A stretch of 64,000 nt of DNA. Origin: Abditibacteriaceae bacterium. Lineage in GTDB: Bacteria > Armatimonadota > Abditibacteriia > Abditibacteriales > Abditibacteriaceae. Of this stretch, positions 29,816-39,608 are shown one piece after another. The stretch lies in contig OZ255721.1 of assembly GCA_965277285.1 (NCBI GenBank), positions 448,001 through 512,000 on the forward strand, written 5' to 3'. The notes under the pieces were generated by a model. The model was not told the origin of the DNA and did not search any database. It worked only from the letters and a program-made list of their open reading frames with translations. The position numbers were made by a program, and so were the translations under genes. How positions within the stretch are numbered: position 1 is the stretch's first letter; every line of letters starts with the position of its first letter.

Positions 29816-31078
29816 ATGATGAACGACAGACTTTTTGGAAACGGTTTAGCCGAAGGTTTTCTTACTGAGGACGAAGTGCGCGAAATCGCCGCGCGCTATT
29901 TGTCGTCGCTTTCGATTGAGGGTAAGCGCGTCCTGATGATCGTTCCCGATGGCACGCGCACGGCGCCCATCGGCCTGATGTTCAAAACGATTTACGATTT
30001 GGTCAGCGGTCAAGTGCAAAAATTGGACGTGATGATCGCGCTGGGCACACATCAGCCGATGAGTGAAGCGCAAATCAACGCGCGCCTGGAAATTGATGCG
30101 ACCCAGCGGCACACGCGTTACGCAAAAGTCGATTTCTTCAATCACGCATGGGACGATGCCGCAAGTTTGCAGGAAATTGGCGTAATTCCAGCGGATGAAA
30201 TTCGCGCTTTGTCCGGCGGTTTGTTCGAGATGGACGTGCCGGTTGAAATCAATCGCCGCGTTTTCGATTACGATCTGCTATTGATTTGTGGGCCGGTTTT
30301 TCCGCACGAAGTCGTCGGGTTTTCCGGCGGCAACAAATACTTGTTTCCCGGCATCGGCGGCCCACAATTGCTCAATTTTTTCCACTGGCTGGGCGCCGTC
30401 ATTTCCAATCCTCTCATCATCGGGCACAAGAACACGCCAGTCCGCGCCGTTGTTGATCGCGCCGCGCAAATGGTGACGATTCCGCGCGCGTGTTTTTGCC
30501 TGGTCGTCAAAGACAATGGTCTCGCCGGACTTTATGCAGGCGCGCCCGAAACCGCCTGGGAAGCTGCTTCCGATTTGAGCGACAAGCTGCACATCATTGA
30601 CAAAAGCCGACCGTTTCAAACCGTTTTGTCGTGTGCGCCGCCGATGTATGACGACTTGTGGACGGGCGGCAAATGTATGTACAAAATCGAGCCGATTGTG
30701 GCCGATGGCGGAGAAGTCATCATTTACGCTCCGCATATTACGCAAGTTTCCGTGACGCATGGCGCTTTGCTCGAGCGCATCGGCTACCACACGCGCGATT
30801 ATTTTATAGCGCAATGGGACTCTTTCAAAGATTTTCCGTGGGGCGTTCTGGCGCATTCAACCCATGTGCGCGGCGGCGGAACTTACCAGGACGGGTTGGA
30901 AACGCCACGCATTCAAGTGACGCTGGCCACGCAAATCCCCGAAGAACTATGCCGCCGCATCAACTTGGGTTACCGCGATCCGGCGAGCATTGATGTCGAA
31001 TCCTTCGCCGAACGCGAAGACGACGGCATTCTTCTGGTGCGCAAAGCCGGCGAAATGCTTTATCGTTTGAAGCCTTAA
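29816..31078 (+). CDS. LarA-family (lactate racemase-like) protein
   Basis: IVPDGTRT, IALGTH, PHEVVGFSGGNK. Confidence 0.85.
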   Translation: MMNDRLFGNGLAEGFLTEDEVREIAARYLSSLSIEGKRVLMIVPDGTRTAPIGLMFKTIYDLVSGQVQKLDVMIALGTHQPMSEAQINARLEIDATQRHTRYAKVDFFNHAWDDAASLQEIGVIPADEIRALSGGLFEMDVPVEINRRVFDYDLLLICGPVFPHEVVGFSGGNKYLFPGIGGPQLLNFFHWLGAVISNPLIIGHKNTPVRAVVDRAAQMVTIPRACFCLVVKDNGLAGLYAGAPETAWEAASDLSDKLHIIDKSRPFQTVLSCAPPMYDDLWTGGKCMYKIEPIVADGGEVIIYAPHITQVSVTHGALLERIGYHTRDYFIAQWDSFKDFPWGVLAHSTHVRGGGTYQDGLETPRIQVTLATQIPEELCRRINLGYRDPASIDVESFAEREDDGILLVRKAGEMLYRLKP

Positions 31079-31129
31079 GCGAATCGAGTACTCGAAACGA
31101 CTGAACTTGAAAACTGAAGATGTCTGCAT

Positions 31130-31231
31130 AAGCAGAAGTTTGTCATTCTGAGCGAGGCGAAAAATCTACATGAGAAGCCAGATTCTTCGCACTGCCCAAA
31201 GGGCACCCGTCAGAATGACAAACTTCTACTT
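31130..31231. repeat. Family B inverted repeat, degenerate copy
   Basis: AGAAGTTTGTCATTCTGAGCGAGGCGAAAAATCT ... AGATTCTTCG ... TCAGAATGACAAACTTCT. Confidence 0.8.
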
Positions 31232-31270
31232 GGTGGTTTTTAGATTGAGTAGGTAGGAAAGGAGTTCGGT

Positions 31271-31846
31271 ATGGAAACGATCAGCGAGCGTGTTCACCAT
31301 GACATTCAGCGTATCTACTCAAACCCGCAGACACAAAGGGAGATTCTGGGAGCTTCGCATCCGAGCTTTTGGCAGGAGAAAGCGAAACAATTGAGGTCGC
31401 GTCTTCATCTTCCGATGTATTGGAATCCATCGACTTTCGATGAAGATTGGTGTTTTCAATACGTTATATGTCTTGACGAAGACAAATCTGATATTGATGG
31501 TACGGTTCCGTGGCTTTTAAGCGATGTTCAAGCACCTGTTCCAGAACCACGACAAGATCACAGGGCATGGCTGTATATCAGCGTTCTTGCGCCTTATTAC
31601 TCTTATGATCTCACTCAACGCGATTTTGAGCCAGGAAAGAAATTTCCTCGTCAACGGCTGGTGTCTGAGTTTGGGTCTTTGCCTGGCTACCCGGAACAAG
31701 AAAACGTGATACGGACGTTTCTTGACTCACAAAACTACCAATTATTGGATGATGAAGTTCTGAGGCAGCCTGTGCCAGGCGTCAGTGTTGAGGATTCTAC
31801 GGTCGATATTACAGTGCTCAAGTGCCTGTTCTTTACCTACTCATAG
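31271..31846 (+). CDS. Hypothetical protein
   Basis: AAAGGAG SD, 191 aa; codon usage looks atypical by eye. Confidence 0.7.
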   Translation: METISERVHHDIQRIYSNPQTQREILGASHPSFWQEKAKQLRSRLHLPMYWNPSTFDEDWCFQYVICLDEDKSDIDGTVPWLLSDVQAPVPEPRQDHRAWLYISVLAPYYSYDLTQRDFEPGKKFPRQRLVSEFGSLPGYPEQENVIRTFLDSQNYQLLDDEVLRQPVPGVSVEDSTVDITVLKCLFFTYS

Positions 31847-31970
31847 GTTACATAGAATAGCTTTGTTCTCAAGTCTGTTTTCGACAGAGAAAAGTTGCGG
31901 GAAAAGTGGAGCGTTGTTATAATTACACGGCTCAAGGACGTGACCTTTTCAATCAACCTTGATTTGACCT

Positions 31971-32080
31971 TCCCGCTTGTGGCGCGCCTCCTCTTCACCG
32001 AATGGCGCAAAACACCAGGCTGCAAGCCGTATCTGACCGAAGTTCGTAAAGGCACAGATCGTCCAAGGGAAGGAGGTGAA
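31971..32080 (+). promoter_or_regulatory. Candidate rpsF (S6:S18) leader that sequesters the SD
   Basis: GCCTCCTCTTC near 31986 can pair with GGGAAGGAGGT covering the rpsF SD. Confidence 0.4.
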
Positions 32081-32084
32081 ACAA

Positions 32085-32633
32085 TTGGCTAAAGTAACTG
32101 AAAGCGTCGAAAACGCGCTCGACTCCTCGTCGCCCAACAAATACGATTCCGAAGAAGCGCGCGAGAACATGGCTTCTATCGATGCTCACATCGTCGACAC
32201 AACGCCTGAATCCGCAGCTTCCGACGCCGCATTGGTCACGGCTGCCGATGTCGACAGCCCAAACATCATCATTCCGCAGCCGGAATTAGGTGCTTCGTTG
32301 CGCGAGCAACCGTCGGAAAACAACGGCGAGCGCCGCGAAGTCGAAGGTGGCCGCGCTTATGAAATCATTTTCATCACGCGTGCTGGCAATGCCGACGCGA
32401 CCGAAGCGTCCATTGGTCGTTTGCGCTCGATGATCGAAACCGATGGCGGTGCGCTCGACAACGTTCGCACCAGCGAAGTGCGCCGTTTGGCGTATGCTAT
32501 CAAGCGCGAAATCGAAGGCGTTTACACCGTCGTCAACGCGCGTTTCCAATCGCAACACTTGTCCGAAATCGACCGCTTCTTCAAACTCGAAGAAAGCGTG
32601 CTGCGTCACATGATTTTGCGCGAAGAAGCGTAA
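32085..32633 (+). CDS. rpsF: 30S ribosomal protein S6 with about 90-aa N-terminal extension
   Basis: RAYEIIFI, RRLAYAIKRE, VLRHMI; AAGGAGGTG SD before TTG 32085; rpsF-ssb-rpsR order. Confidence 0.92.
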   Translation: MAKVTESVENALDSSSPNKYDSEEARENMASIDAHIVDTTPESAASDAALVTAADVDSPNIIIPQPELGASLREQPSENNGERREVEGGRAYEIIFITRAGNADATEASIGRLRSMIETDGGALDNVRTSEVRRLAYAIKREIEGVYTVVNARFQSQHLSEIDRFFKLEESVLRHMILREEA

Positions 32634-32768
32634 AATCGGCGTCCAAAAACGCGTGACGAAAGTTGCAAATCAGAGTAAAATCTGACTGTGTGAAGCTGTG
32701 TGCCTTGTCCGGTTCGAGTACTCGATATTGCGTGCTCAAAATTGAGAACCGTCAAGAGAGGAGAAGTT

Positions 32769-33470
32769 ATGCCGTCGTATAACAGGGTTATTTTGATTGG
32801 TCGCCTGACCCGCGAACCCGAACTGAAGTACACCTCGGGCGGATTGGCCGTCACGACGTTTTCGATTGCGGTCGACCGTCGTTTCAAGAACCAGCAGGGC
32901 GAACGCCAAACCGATTTTTTCCGTTGCAAAGCATGGCGCCAGAAAGCCGAATTTGTGGCGAACTACGTGACCAAAGGTCGCTTGGTTGCCGTCGATGGCT
33001 CGATTGAAACCAGCGAAGTGACGGGCCAAGACGGACAAAAGCGCTATTTTACCGACATCGTTTGCGAAAACGTGGAGATTCTCGAATCGCAACGCGACAA
33101 TGAAGGCGGCCCAAATGGCGGGCCGGGCGGCGCTCAAGCGGGCGGCAACGCCGGTGGCAATTATGGCGGCGGCAACGCTTCGGGCGGCAACGCAGCGCGC
33201 GGCCAGAACGCTCCGCCAGTCGATGACGGCGGCGGTTATTTCCCCGACGAAGACGCCGCGCCCGCCGCACCGCCAGCCACGCCACGCAACACCGCGAACG
33301 CTCGTCCGCAAGGCAGCAATCAAGGTGGACAAGGCGGCGGGAATGCTGGTGGCAATCAGGGCGGCGCTCGTGGAAATGCGGGTGGTGCAAGCAATCGTCC
33401 GGCGCCCACTCCGGCTCCGGCGTATCCCGAAGACGATTTTGATGACAGCGATCCGTTCGCGGATCAATAA
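32769..33470 (+). CDS. ssb: Single-stranded DNA-binding protein
   Basis: NRVILIGRLTREPELKYT, AVDR, G-rich linker, acidic DDSDPF tail; AGGAG SD. Confidence 0.96.
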   Translation: MPSYNRVILIGRLTREPELKYTSGGLAVTTFSIAVDRRFKNQQGERQTDFFRCKAWRQKAEFVANYVTKGRLVAVDGSIETSEVTGQDGQKRYFTDIVCENVEILESQRDNEGGPNGGPGGAQAGGNAGGNYGGGNASGGNAARGQNAPPVDDGGGYFPDEDAAPAAPPATPRNTANARPQGSNQGGQGGGNAGGNQGGARGNAGGASNRPAPTPAPAYPEDDFDDSDPFADQ

Positions 33471-33482
33471 AACAGCGTTTGT

Positions 33483-33521
33483 CGTTGGTGATTCGAGTAC
33501 TCGATGCTTGAATCACCAACG
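33483..33521. terminator. Hairpin between ssb and rpsR containing the palindrome
   Basis: CGTTGGTGATTC ... GAATCACCAACG arms around GAGTACTCGATGCTT; may be a processing or stabilising hairpin rather than a terminator. Confidence 0.4.
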
Positions 33522-33546
33522 GTAGACGCTCATTTTGAGGTTTAAG

Positions 33547-33804
33547 ATGCGCATGAATTCATCTCGGCAGAGCGGCAAGCCGCTGAAGCCGAAAAAGAAG
33601 AAACCGCCAGTCAGCGCCGAGGTGCTGGCCAGCGTGGATTATAAAAACGCCTCGACGCTGAAGCGTTTCATCAGCGAGCGCGGCAAAATCGTGGCTCGTC
33701 GCAACACCGGCCTGACCGCCACGCAGCAGCGCAAAGTCGCCGAGCACATCAAGCGCGCTCGCTTCATGGCGCTGTTGCATTACACAGCGGATCAAATTCG
33801 CTAA
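33547..33804 (+). CDS. rpsR: 30S ribosomal protein S18
   Basis: [31 protein letters not shown]. Confidence 0.95.
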   Translation: MRMNSSRQSGKPLKPKKKKPPVSAEVLASVDYKNASTLKRFISERGKIVARRNTGLTATQQRKVAEHIKRARFMALLHYTADQIR

Positions 33805-33970
33805 AGTCACAACCTGGTTGAACCTCGCGCGGTGCGGAAATTTTCGCACCGCGCGTTTGGTGTTTGTTGTCACTGTTTGGAAACCGGTGATGAAGAATCG
33901 AGTACTCGATAGCAGTTCTCTATTCTTCACAAGATGATCGTGTTTCATAACACGGTGCAGGAGCAAAATT

Positions 33971-34363
33971 ATGAATTACAAAGCGAAGTTGGCGGACGGG
34001 CAGCAAGTGCTGGTCGAGAACGAAAATGGACAAACGCACATCACGCTGCACAGCGGCGATGACGGGCAGAAGCAGAGCCAGGGCAACAGTTTTCAGACTG
34101 GCGAATGGTCGAAAACACCGGTTTTATCCAAGACGAAAAACGGTTTCGTGCTACAAATCGAAGCCGATGGAAAGTCGCGGTATTTCCGTTTGCAGCAGAG
34201 CAGTATCGATCAACTCGATAATGCACCGGAACTGAACGATGCCGAAAACGTGTCGCTCGAAAAAGCCTCGGACGAAGACATCGCCAAATCCAATCCCAAA
34301 CCGATGGAACCCATGAAGCCGATGGAACCAATGAAGCCCATGTCGCCAATGAAACCGATGTAA
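33971..34363 (+). CDS. Hypothetical protein with C-terminal PMK/PME repeats
   Basis: AGGAG SD; SFQTGEWSKTP; KPMEPMKPMEPMKPMSPMKPM tail. Confidence 0.75.
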   Translation: MNYKAKLADGQQVLVENENGQTHITLHSGDDGQKQSQGNSFQTGEWSKTPVLSKTKNGFVLQIEADGKSRYFRLQQSSIDQLDNAPELNDAENVSLEKASDEDIAKSNPKPMEPMKPMEPMKPMSPMKPM

Positions 34364-34469
34364 GCCAACGAGAGCGGCGCAAATAAGCGTGGACAAAGGA
34401 TGCAAAACGCTGAAGTCGTGGCATCGCAAGCGTCAGCCTGAACAATTCGATTCGTGGCTTGGGTCTGAT

Positions 34470-34604
34470 ATGTTGTGGCGCCCGCCCCTGAAGGAGCGGG
34501 CTAAGCCAGCAAGGCCGCTAAAGCGGCCTCCAATACGGAGTATCAGTCCCATTTATGGGGCTTCGTTTGTCAGCCCGCTCCTTCAGGGGCGGGCGCCACA
34601 ACAT
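34470..34604. repeat. 33-bp inverted repeat element (family C, REP/IS200-605-end-like)
   Basis: ATGTTGTGGCGCCCGCCCCTGAAGGAGCGGGCT and its exact reverse complement enclosing two small hairpins. Confidence 0.8.
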
Positions 34605-34669
34605 CGCAGAACTCATTTGTATTGTCGTTGGTAGTGGCTCAGGTGATGAGGTAGATCGAACTATGAAAG

Positions 34670-34757
34670 AAAGAACCCCGAGCGTCAGCGATGGGTGAAA
34701 CGTAAGAGTTTTATTCATCTTCTGCATTTCACCCGTCGCTGACGCTCGGGGTTCTTT
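34670..34757. repeat. REP-like hairpin family A
   Basis: AAAGAACCCCGAGCGTCAGCGATGGGTGAAA ... TTTCACCCGTCGCTGACGCTCGGGGTTCTTT. Confidence 0.85.
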
Positions 34758-34883
34758 TCATCGATTCACTCGATTGAGCTATTACCCTGTCGTTTGAAAT
34801 CTTTGTCTTTTTAAGCCAGAAAACAACTATCGAGTACTCGATAGTTGCTGTAGCATTTTGTGAATTGGCGTTTTAATTTTCTC

Positions 34884-37800
34884 ATGCACTTGCTCGATCT
34901 TCTTCAACAAAACGCGACGTTATGCGACGCGGCGCAAAGCCTCAAGCCAAAAAGCGTTGTCGCGTTGTCCAAAGTTCCGTCCGCCAGTTGGGGCACGATT
35001 GCGGCGTTTTTGCAGCGCGAAAGCAAAGCGACAACGTTTGTCATCGCGCCCGATGGCGAAACGGCGGAACGCTGCGCCAACGATTTGCGCGCGCTCCTCG
35101 ACGAAGAAAGCGAACGCAACTCGCGCGTTTTGTTTTTCCCGACGCCCGAACGCATCGGCGACGAAAGCGACCTTTCCGCCACGCGCGAACGTTTGGGAAC
35201 GCTGGACGCTTTGCACAACGAGCAAGCTGTGATTGTCGTGACAACGGCGAAATCGCTGTCGCACCCGACGTTGCCGCCAGACGAACTCAAGCATGGCTAC
35301 GACGAGATCAAAACCGGACAAGCACTGGAGCGCGACGCTTTTCTGGAGCATCTGGCGAGCACGGGATTTGAGCGCGTCGAGGAAGTCGAGCAAGGCGGGC
35401 AGTTCGCCGGACGCGGCGGCATCATCGACTTTTTTCCGCCCGCCAGCCCGAGCGCGATTCGCCTCGAATTGTGGGGCGATGAGGTCGATTCACTGCGTTT
35501 TTTCGATGTCGGAACGCAACGTTCGACCGAAAAAGTTCAAAGTGTGCGCTTGACGCCGCCGCGAGAAGTCTATTTGTCGCGCGAAAAAGGTGCGAAAATC
35601 GCCGCGCATTTGCAAGATTTATTGGACGAACAAAGTGCAAATATCAAAGATGTGGACATTGCGGAACATTTGCGCGAAGTCGTCGGGCGCGACATCGAGC
35701 GTTTGCGCGACGCGACGTATTTTACGGGTTTGGATCGTTATCGCGCGCTGCTTTATCCCGAACGCCCGACGCTGCTGGAACATTTGCCCAAAGACGCCGC
35801 AATTATTTGGTGTGACCCGAATCGCGCCTTGTCGCAGATCAATCGAGTACTCGAAGACGAAGAACGCAGCGCCGATTTGAACCAAGAAGAAGGCGCCGCC
35901 TTGCGCTTGCCGCCCGTCGCCTGCGATTACGACACCTTGCGCGAACGTTCCGCGAAGTTCGCACAAGTCGAATTGCATCTGGCGGGCGAAGTTCCCGCGC
36001 AACGCGGCGTTCGAGTACTCGAAATGCCGCTGTCGCTGCCGCCAACATTCAGCGGAAAACTGGATCAACTGCTCGATTACGTGCGCACGCAGCAAAACCA
36101 CAACGCAATGATCGTGTTGTCTTCGGCGCACAGTCGTCGCGCCCGCGAAATCATGGCCGATGGCGGCATTCGTCACGTTCATTTGCTCGACAGCATCAAC
36201 GAAACGCAACCCAGTTTGGTCTTGGTCATGCCGCAACGCTTGAGTTCCGGCTTTGAAATCGAGATCGCGCCAATTGAAGCGGAAAATTCAAAATTAAAAG
36301 TTAAGAATTTAAAATTGGTCGTCCTCACCGACGCCGAAATGTTCGGTTGGCAGCGCGTGCAGCCGCACCAGATTCGCAAGAAGCGCAAGACGCAATCGAG
36401 TACTCGAAGCGGCTCGGCACTGACCAACTTGAGCGAACTGAAAGAAGGCGATTTCGTGGTTCACATCAGTCACGGCATCGCGCGTTATGGCGGCGTGGTG
36501 CGACAGGAAATCGCCGGCGCCATCAACGATTATCTGGCTTTGGAATACGAAGGCAAAGATCGTCTTTACGTTCCGGTCGGTCAGCTTGATCGTGTTCAAA
36601 AGTACCTGGGAACGGACGCTTCTCCGCCGCCTTTATCGAACTTGAAAAGCGGCAACTGGGAAAAAACCAAGAAGAAAGTGCGCGAGGAAACGATTGCTGT
36701 GGCGCGCCAATTGTCGGAACTTTACGCGGCGCGCGAGCAGGCGCACAAAGACCCGATTGCGCCCGATTCGCCGTGGCAGCGCGAAATGGAAGCCGCTTTC
36801 CCTTATGAAGAAACCGCGGGACAATTGCAGGCGATTGAAGACACGAAATCCGATCTTGAATCGGACAAACCGATGGACAGATTGGTCTGCGGTGATGTCG
36901 GTTACGGCAAAACCGAAGTCGCCATTCGCGCCGCGTTCAAGGTCGTGCAAGATGGCAAACAGGTCGCGGTTTTAGTTCCGACGACGGTTTTGGCGCAGCA
37001 GCATTACCAGACTTTCAGCGAACGATTGGCGGCTTATCCGACGCGCGTCGAAGTGATTTCGCGTTTTCGCACGCCAGGCGAAATCAAGAAAGTCATCGAA
37101 GATGTGAAGATGGGCGCCGTCGATATTCTGGTTGGCACGCATCGTTTGGTGCAAAAAGATGTCGTGTTCCGCGATCTGGGCTTGGTCATTGTCGATGAAG
37201 AGCAGCGTTTCGGCGTGATGCAGAAAGAACGCTTGAAAGAGTTGCGCAAGGAAGTCGATATTCTGACGCTGTCCGCGACGCCGATTCCGCGCACCTTGCA
37301 CTTCGCTTTAGGCGGCTTGCGCGAAATGTCGCTCATCTCCGATCCGCCACTGGGACGCTTGCCAGTGCGCACCGTGGTTTCACCGATGCGCGATGACATT
37401 GTGCGCCAGGCGATTGAGCGCGAACTGGAGCGCGACGGTCAGGTTTATTACGTTCACAATCGCATTTCGAGCATTCATCACGTCGCGGAACACATTCGCA
37501 AACTCGTCCCGCGCGCGCGCATCGGCATCGGTCACGGGCAAATGGGCGATGAAGAACTCGAACAAGTGATGCTCGATTTCATGCACGGGCGCAGCGACAT
37601 TTTGCTTTCGACAACCATCATCGAAAACGGTTTGGATTTGCCGAACGTTAATACTTTGATCGTTGACCGCGCCGAACTTCTGGGCTTGAGCCAGATGTAT
37701 CAATTGCGTGGTCGCGTCGGTCGCAGTTCGCGCCAGGGTTACGCCTATTTCTTTCATGGCGCGCGCGGCAAACTGACCGAAACTTCCGAAGGTCGTTTCG

Positions 37801-38534
37801 CCGCGATGCAGGAGTTCACCGACCTGGGCGCCGGTTTCAAAATCGCCATGCGCGACTTGGAAATTCGCGGCGCTGGTGACTTGTTGGGCGTGAAGCAAAG
37901 CGGCGGCATCGCGCAGGTCGGCTTCGAGATGTACACCGAAATGCTATCCGAAGCCGTGCAGAAATTGAAGCGCGAACCGAAAGTTTTCGTGCCGCGCAAA
38001 ATCGAACTGCCCGAAGTCGATTTGCCGGTTCCGGCGTTTCTGCCCGACGATTACGTGAAGGACGAGCGCGACCGCTTGAACCTTTACCGCAAGATGGCGA
38101 ACGCGCAAAGCGTGGAAGACGCCGACAGTTTGCGCGAAGAATTGCGCGACCGCTTTGGCGCCCTGCCGCAACCCGCCTTCAACCTGATTCGAGTACTCAA
38201 ATTGCGCGTCTGGCTCTTGCAAGCGCGTTTGCGCGGCATCTCGAAAACCGAAAGCGAAGTGCTGATTCGCCTGCAACCCGGCGACAAGTTCCACGACGAA
38301 GACACGTCCGCCGTTTACGCCAAACTGCAGAAATCGTTCGACCACCGCGCCTTGCACAACGTCAGTTTGCGCTCGCGTGAAGGTATTGCGATCGACACGC
38401 GCGTGCTTTCACCGTCGCAACTGATACGCATGGTCGAAGAAACCTGCGAGACATTAGCAACGATTCGCGGCGCTCGGTTTTTAGCGATGAGCCTGAGCGA
38501 CAGCGACGACCTTGCTAAAATTCCTTCGCGGTAA
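34884..38534 (+). CDS. mfd: Transcription-repair coupling factor
   Basis: RGGIIDFF, GDFVVHISHGIARY, MDRLVCGDVGYGKTEVA, DEEQRFG, SATPIPRT, QLRGRVGRS, MRDLEIRGAG, TRCF C-domain. Confidence 0.97.
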   Translation: MHLLDLLQQNATLCDAAQSLKPKSVVALSKVPSASWGTIAAFLQRESKATTFVIAPDGETAERCANDLRALLDEESERNSRVLFFPTPERIGDESDLSATRERLGTLDALHNEQAVIVVTTAKSLSHPTLPPDELKHGYDEIKTGQALERDAFLEHLASTGFERVEEVEQGGQFAGRGGIIDFFPPASPSAIRLELWGDEVDSLRFFDVGTQRSTEKVQSVRLTPPREVYLSREKGAKIAAHLQDLLDEQSANIKDVDIAEHLREVVGRDIERLRDATYFTGLDRYRALLYPERPTLLEHLPKDAAIIWCDPNRALSQINRVLEDEERSADLNQEEGAALRLPPVACDYDTLRERSAKFAQVELHLAGEVPAQRGVRVLEMPLSLPPTFSGKLDQLLDYVRTQQNHNAMIVLSSAHSRRAREIMADGGIRHVHLLDSINETQPSLVLVMPQRLSSGFEIEIAPIEAENSKLKVKNLKLVVLTDAEMFGWQRVQPHQIRKKRKTQSSTRSGSALTNLSELKEGDFVVHISHGIARYGGVVRQEIAGAINDYLALEYEGKDRLYVPVGQLDRVQKYLGTDASPPPLSNLKSGNWEKTKKKVREETIAVARQLSELYAAREQAHKDPIAPDSPWQREMEAAFPYEETAGQLQAIEDTKSDLESDKPMDRLVCGDVGYGKTEVAIRAAFKVVQDGKQVAVLVPTTVLAQQHYQTFSERLAAYPTRVEVISRFRTPGEIKKVIEDVKMGAVDILVGTHRLVQKDVVFRDLGLVIVDEEQRFGVMQKERLKELRKEVDILTLSATPIPRTLHFALGGLREMSLISDPPLGRLPVRTVVSPMRDDIVRQAIERELERDGQVYYVHNRISSIHHVAEHIRKLVPRARIGIGHGQMGDEELEQVMLDFMHGRSDILLSTTIIENGLDLPNVNTLIVDRAELLGLSQMYQLRGRVGRSSRQGYAYFFHGARGKLTETSEGRFAAMQEFTDLGAGFKIAMRDLEIRGAGDLLGVKQSGGIAQVGFEMYTEMLSEAVQKLKREPKVFVPRKIELPEVDLPVPAFLPDDYVKDERDRLNLYRKMANAQSVEDADSLREELRDRFGALPQPAFNLIRVLKLRVWLLQARLRGISKTESEVLIRLQPGDKFHDEDTSAVYAKLQKSFDHRALHNVSLRSREGIAIDTRVLSPSQLIRMVEETCETLATIRGARFLAMSLSDSDDLAKIPSR

Positions 38535-38730
38535 AACCCCTCTTTAACCGGAGTTATATCGCATTGTTGCATACGGTATAACACGCACAATGACCGCAAT
38601 CGAGTACTCGATTGTACAAGTTTGATCGACTATTGTTATAAGTTTCTGAGAACGCGACAATAATGCGGTAGAATAAGTAGTTGTGCCGACGCGCCCGCTT
38701 TGCTGGTGCCAGAACTGATATAGTCAAAGT

Positions 38731-39105
38731 ATGTCGCTGGATTTTCATTCTCAAGAGGACACGTTTTGTGAACCGGAAAACTACATAGCGTATTGCGAGA
38801 TGGAGCCTTCATCACTTCAACTGCTCGACCGCTTTGAGTTGGGAGAATACGACAAACTGAGGCCCTGGGTTGAGTTATGCAACAGTCAAGGTATCAAAGT
38901 TGGCGGCTTCTTCGATGACACCGTATTGAGGCACCACCAACTTCCTCAAACCCTCGCAAACCTTCGCCAATGTTTCGGGCACATCGCGCAGAGACGGCCT
39001 TTCGTTCATTCGAGCAAAACACAATACGATGCCGCCTCCCGAATGGTTGTAGTTTTGGAGACAGCTATCGAGCAGCAGCGGGGCGTCATCGCGTTCTGCG
39101 ATTAA
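38731..39105 (+). CDS. Cassette 1 hypothetical protein
   Basis: 124-aa ORF ending just before attC1. Confidence 0.7.
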   Translation: MSLDFHSQEDTFCEPENYIAYCEMEPSSLQLLDRFELGEYDKLRPWVELCNSQGIKVGGFFDDTVLRHHQLPQTLANLRQCFGHIAQRRPFVHSSKTQYDAASRMVVVLETAIEQQRGVIAFCD

Positions 39106-39119
39106 GCCGACCAACATCG

Positions 39120-39206
39120 GCACAACAAGACGATGCACCCGACCGCCTACAGCTCCGCTCGTTCCTCGCTCCGGCTTCCGGCGGCGGGTGAGCTTAGTCG
39201 TTGTGT
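39120..39206 (+). repeat. attC site 1
   Basis: GCACAAC AAGACGATGCACCCGACCGCC ... GGCGGCGGGTGAGCTTAGTC GTTGTGT. Confidence 0.85.
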
Positions 39207-39266
39207 TGATGCGCGCAGCTTCATGGAAATTCCAACTGTTAGAATACAGAACGGAGGAAAATTACA

Positions 39267-39587
39267 ATGCTCGGAAGTCGTGGAAAAGGCAAACGTCGCG
39301 TGCCTTGGCGAGACGGTGGCGCGCATAAACAGAAACGCCTCGAATGGCGCAAACAAGCTATGCACTCAGTTAATGATATTTCAGAACTGGGCGAGCCACT
39401 TGTGTCATTAACTTACAGCGGCGAATGGGGACAAACAGCAGCCGTCAAGATTTATAAGTTTGACCAGAAGATTGCCAAAACTGGAATCCGCTATCATGCA
39501 GAATATCTTGGTTGGTGGGTTGGCTTCACGATTCGAGTACTCGATGAACACGCGAAAAAGGTTCAAAGACTCATTGACGAGATGTAA
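39267..39587 (+). CDS. Cassette 2 hypothetical protein
   Basis: GGAGGA SD before ATG; ends before attC2. Confidence 0.6.
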   Translation: MLGSRGKGKRRVPWRDGGAHKQKRLEWRKQAMHSVNDISELGEPLVSLTYSGEWGQTAAVKIYKFDQKIAKTGIRYHAEYLGWWVGFTIRVLDEHAKKVQRLIDEM

Positions 39588-39608
39588 AGGCGTCACACTC
39601 AAACATCA

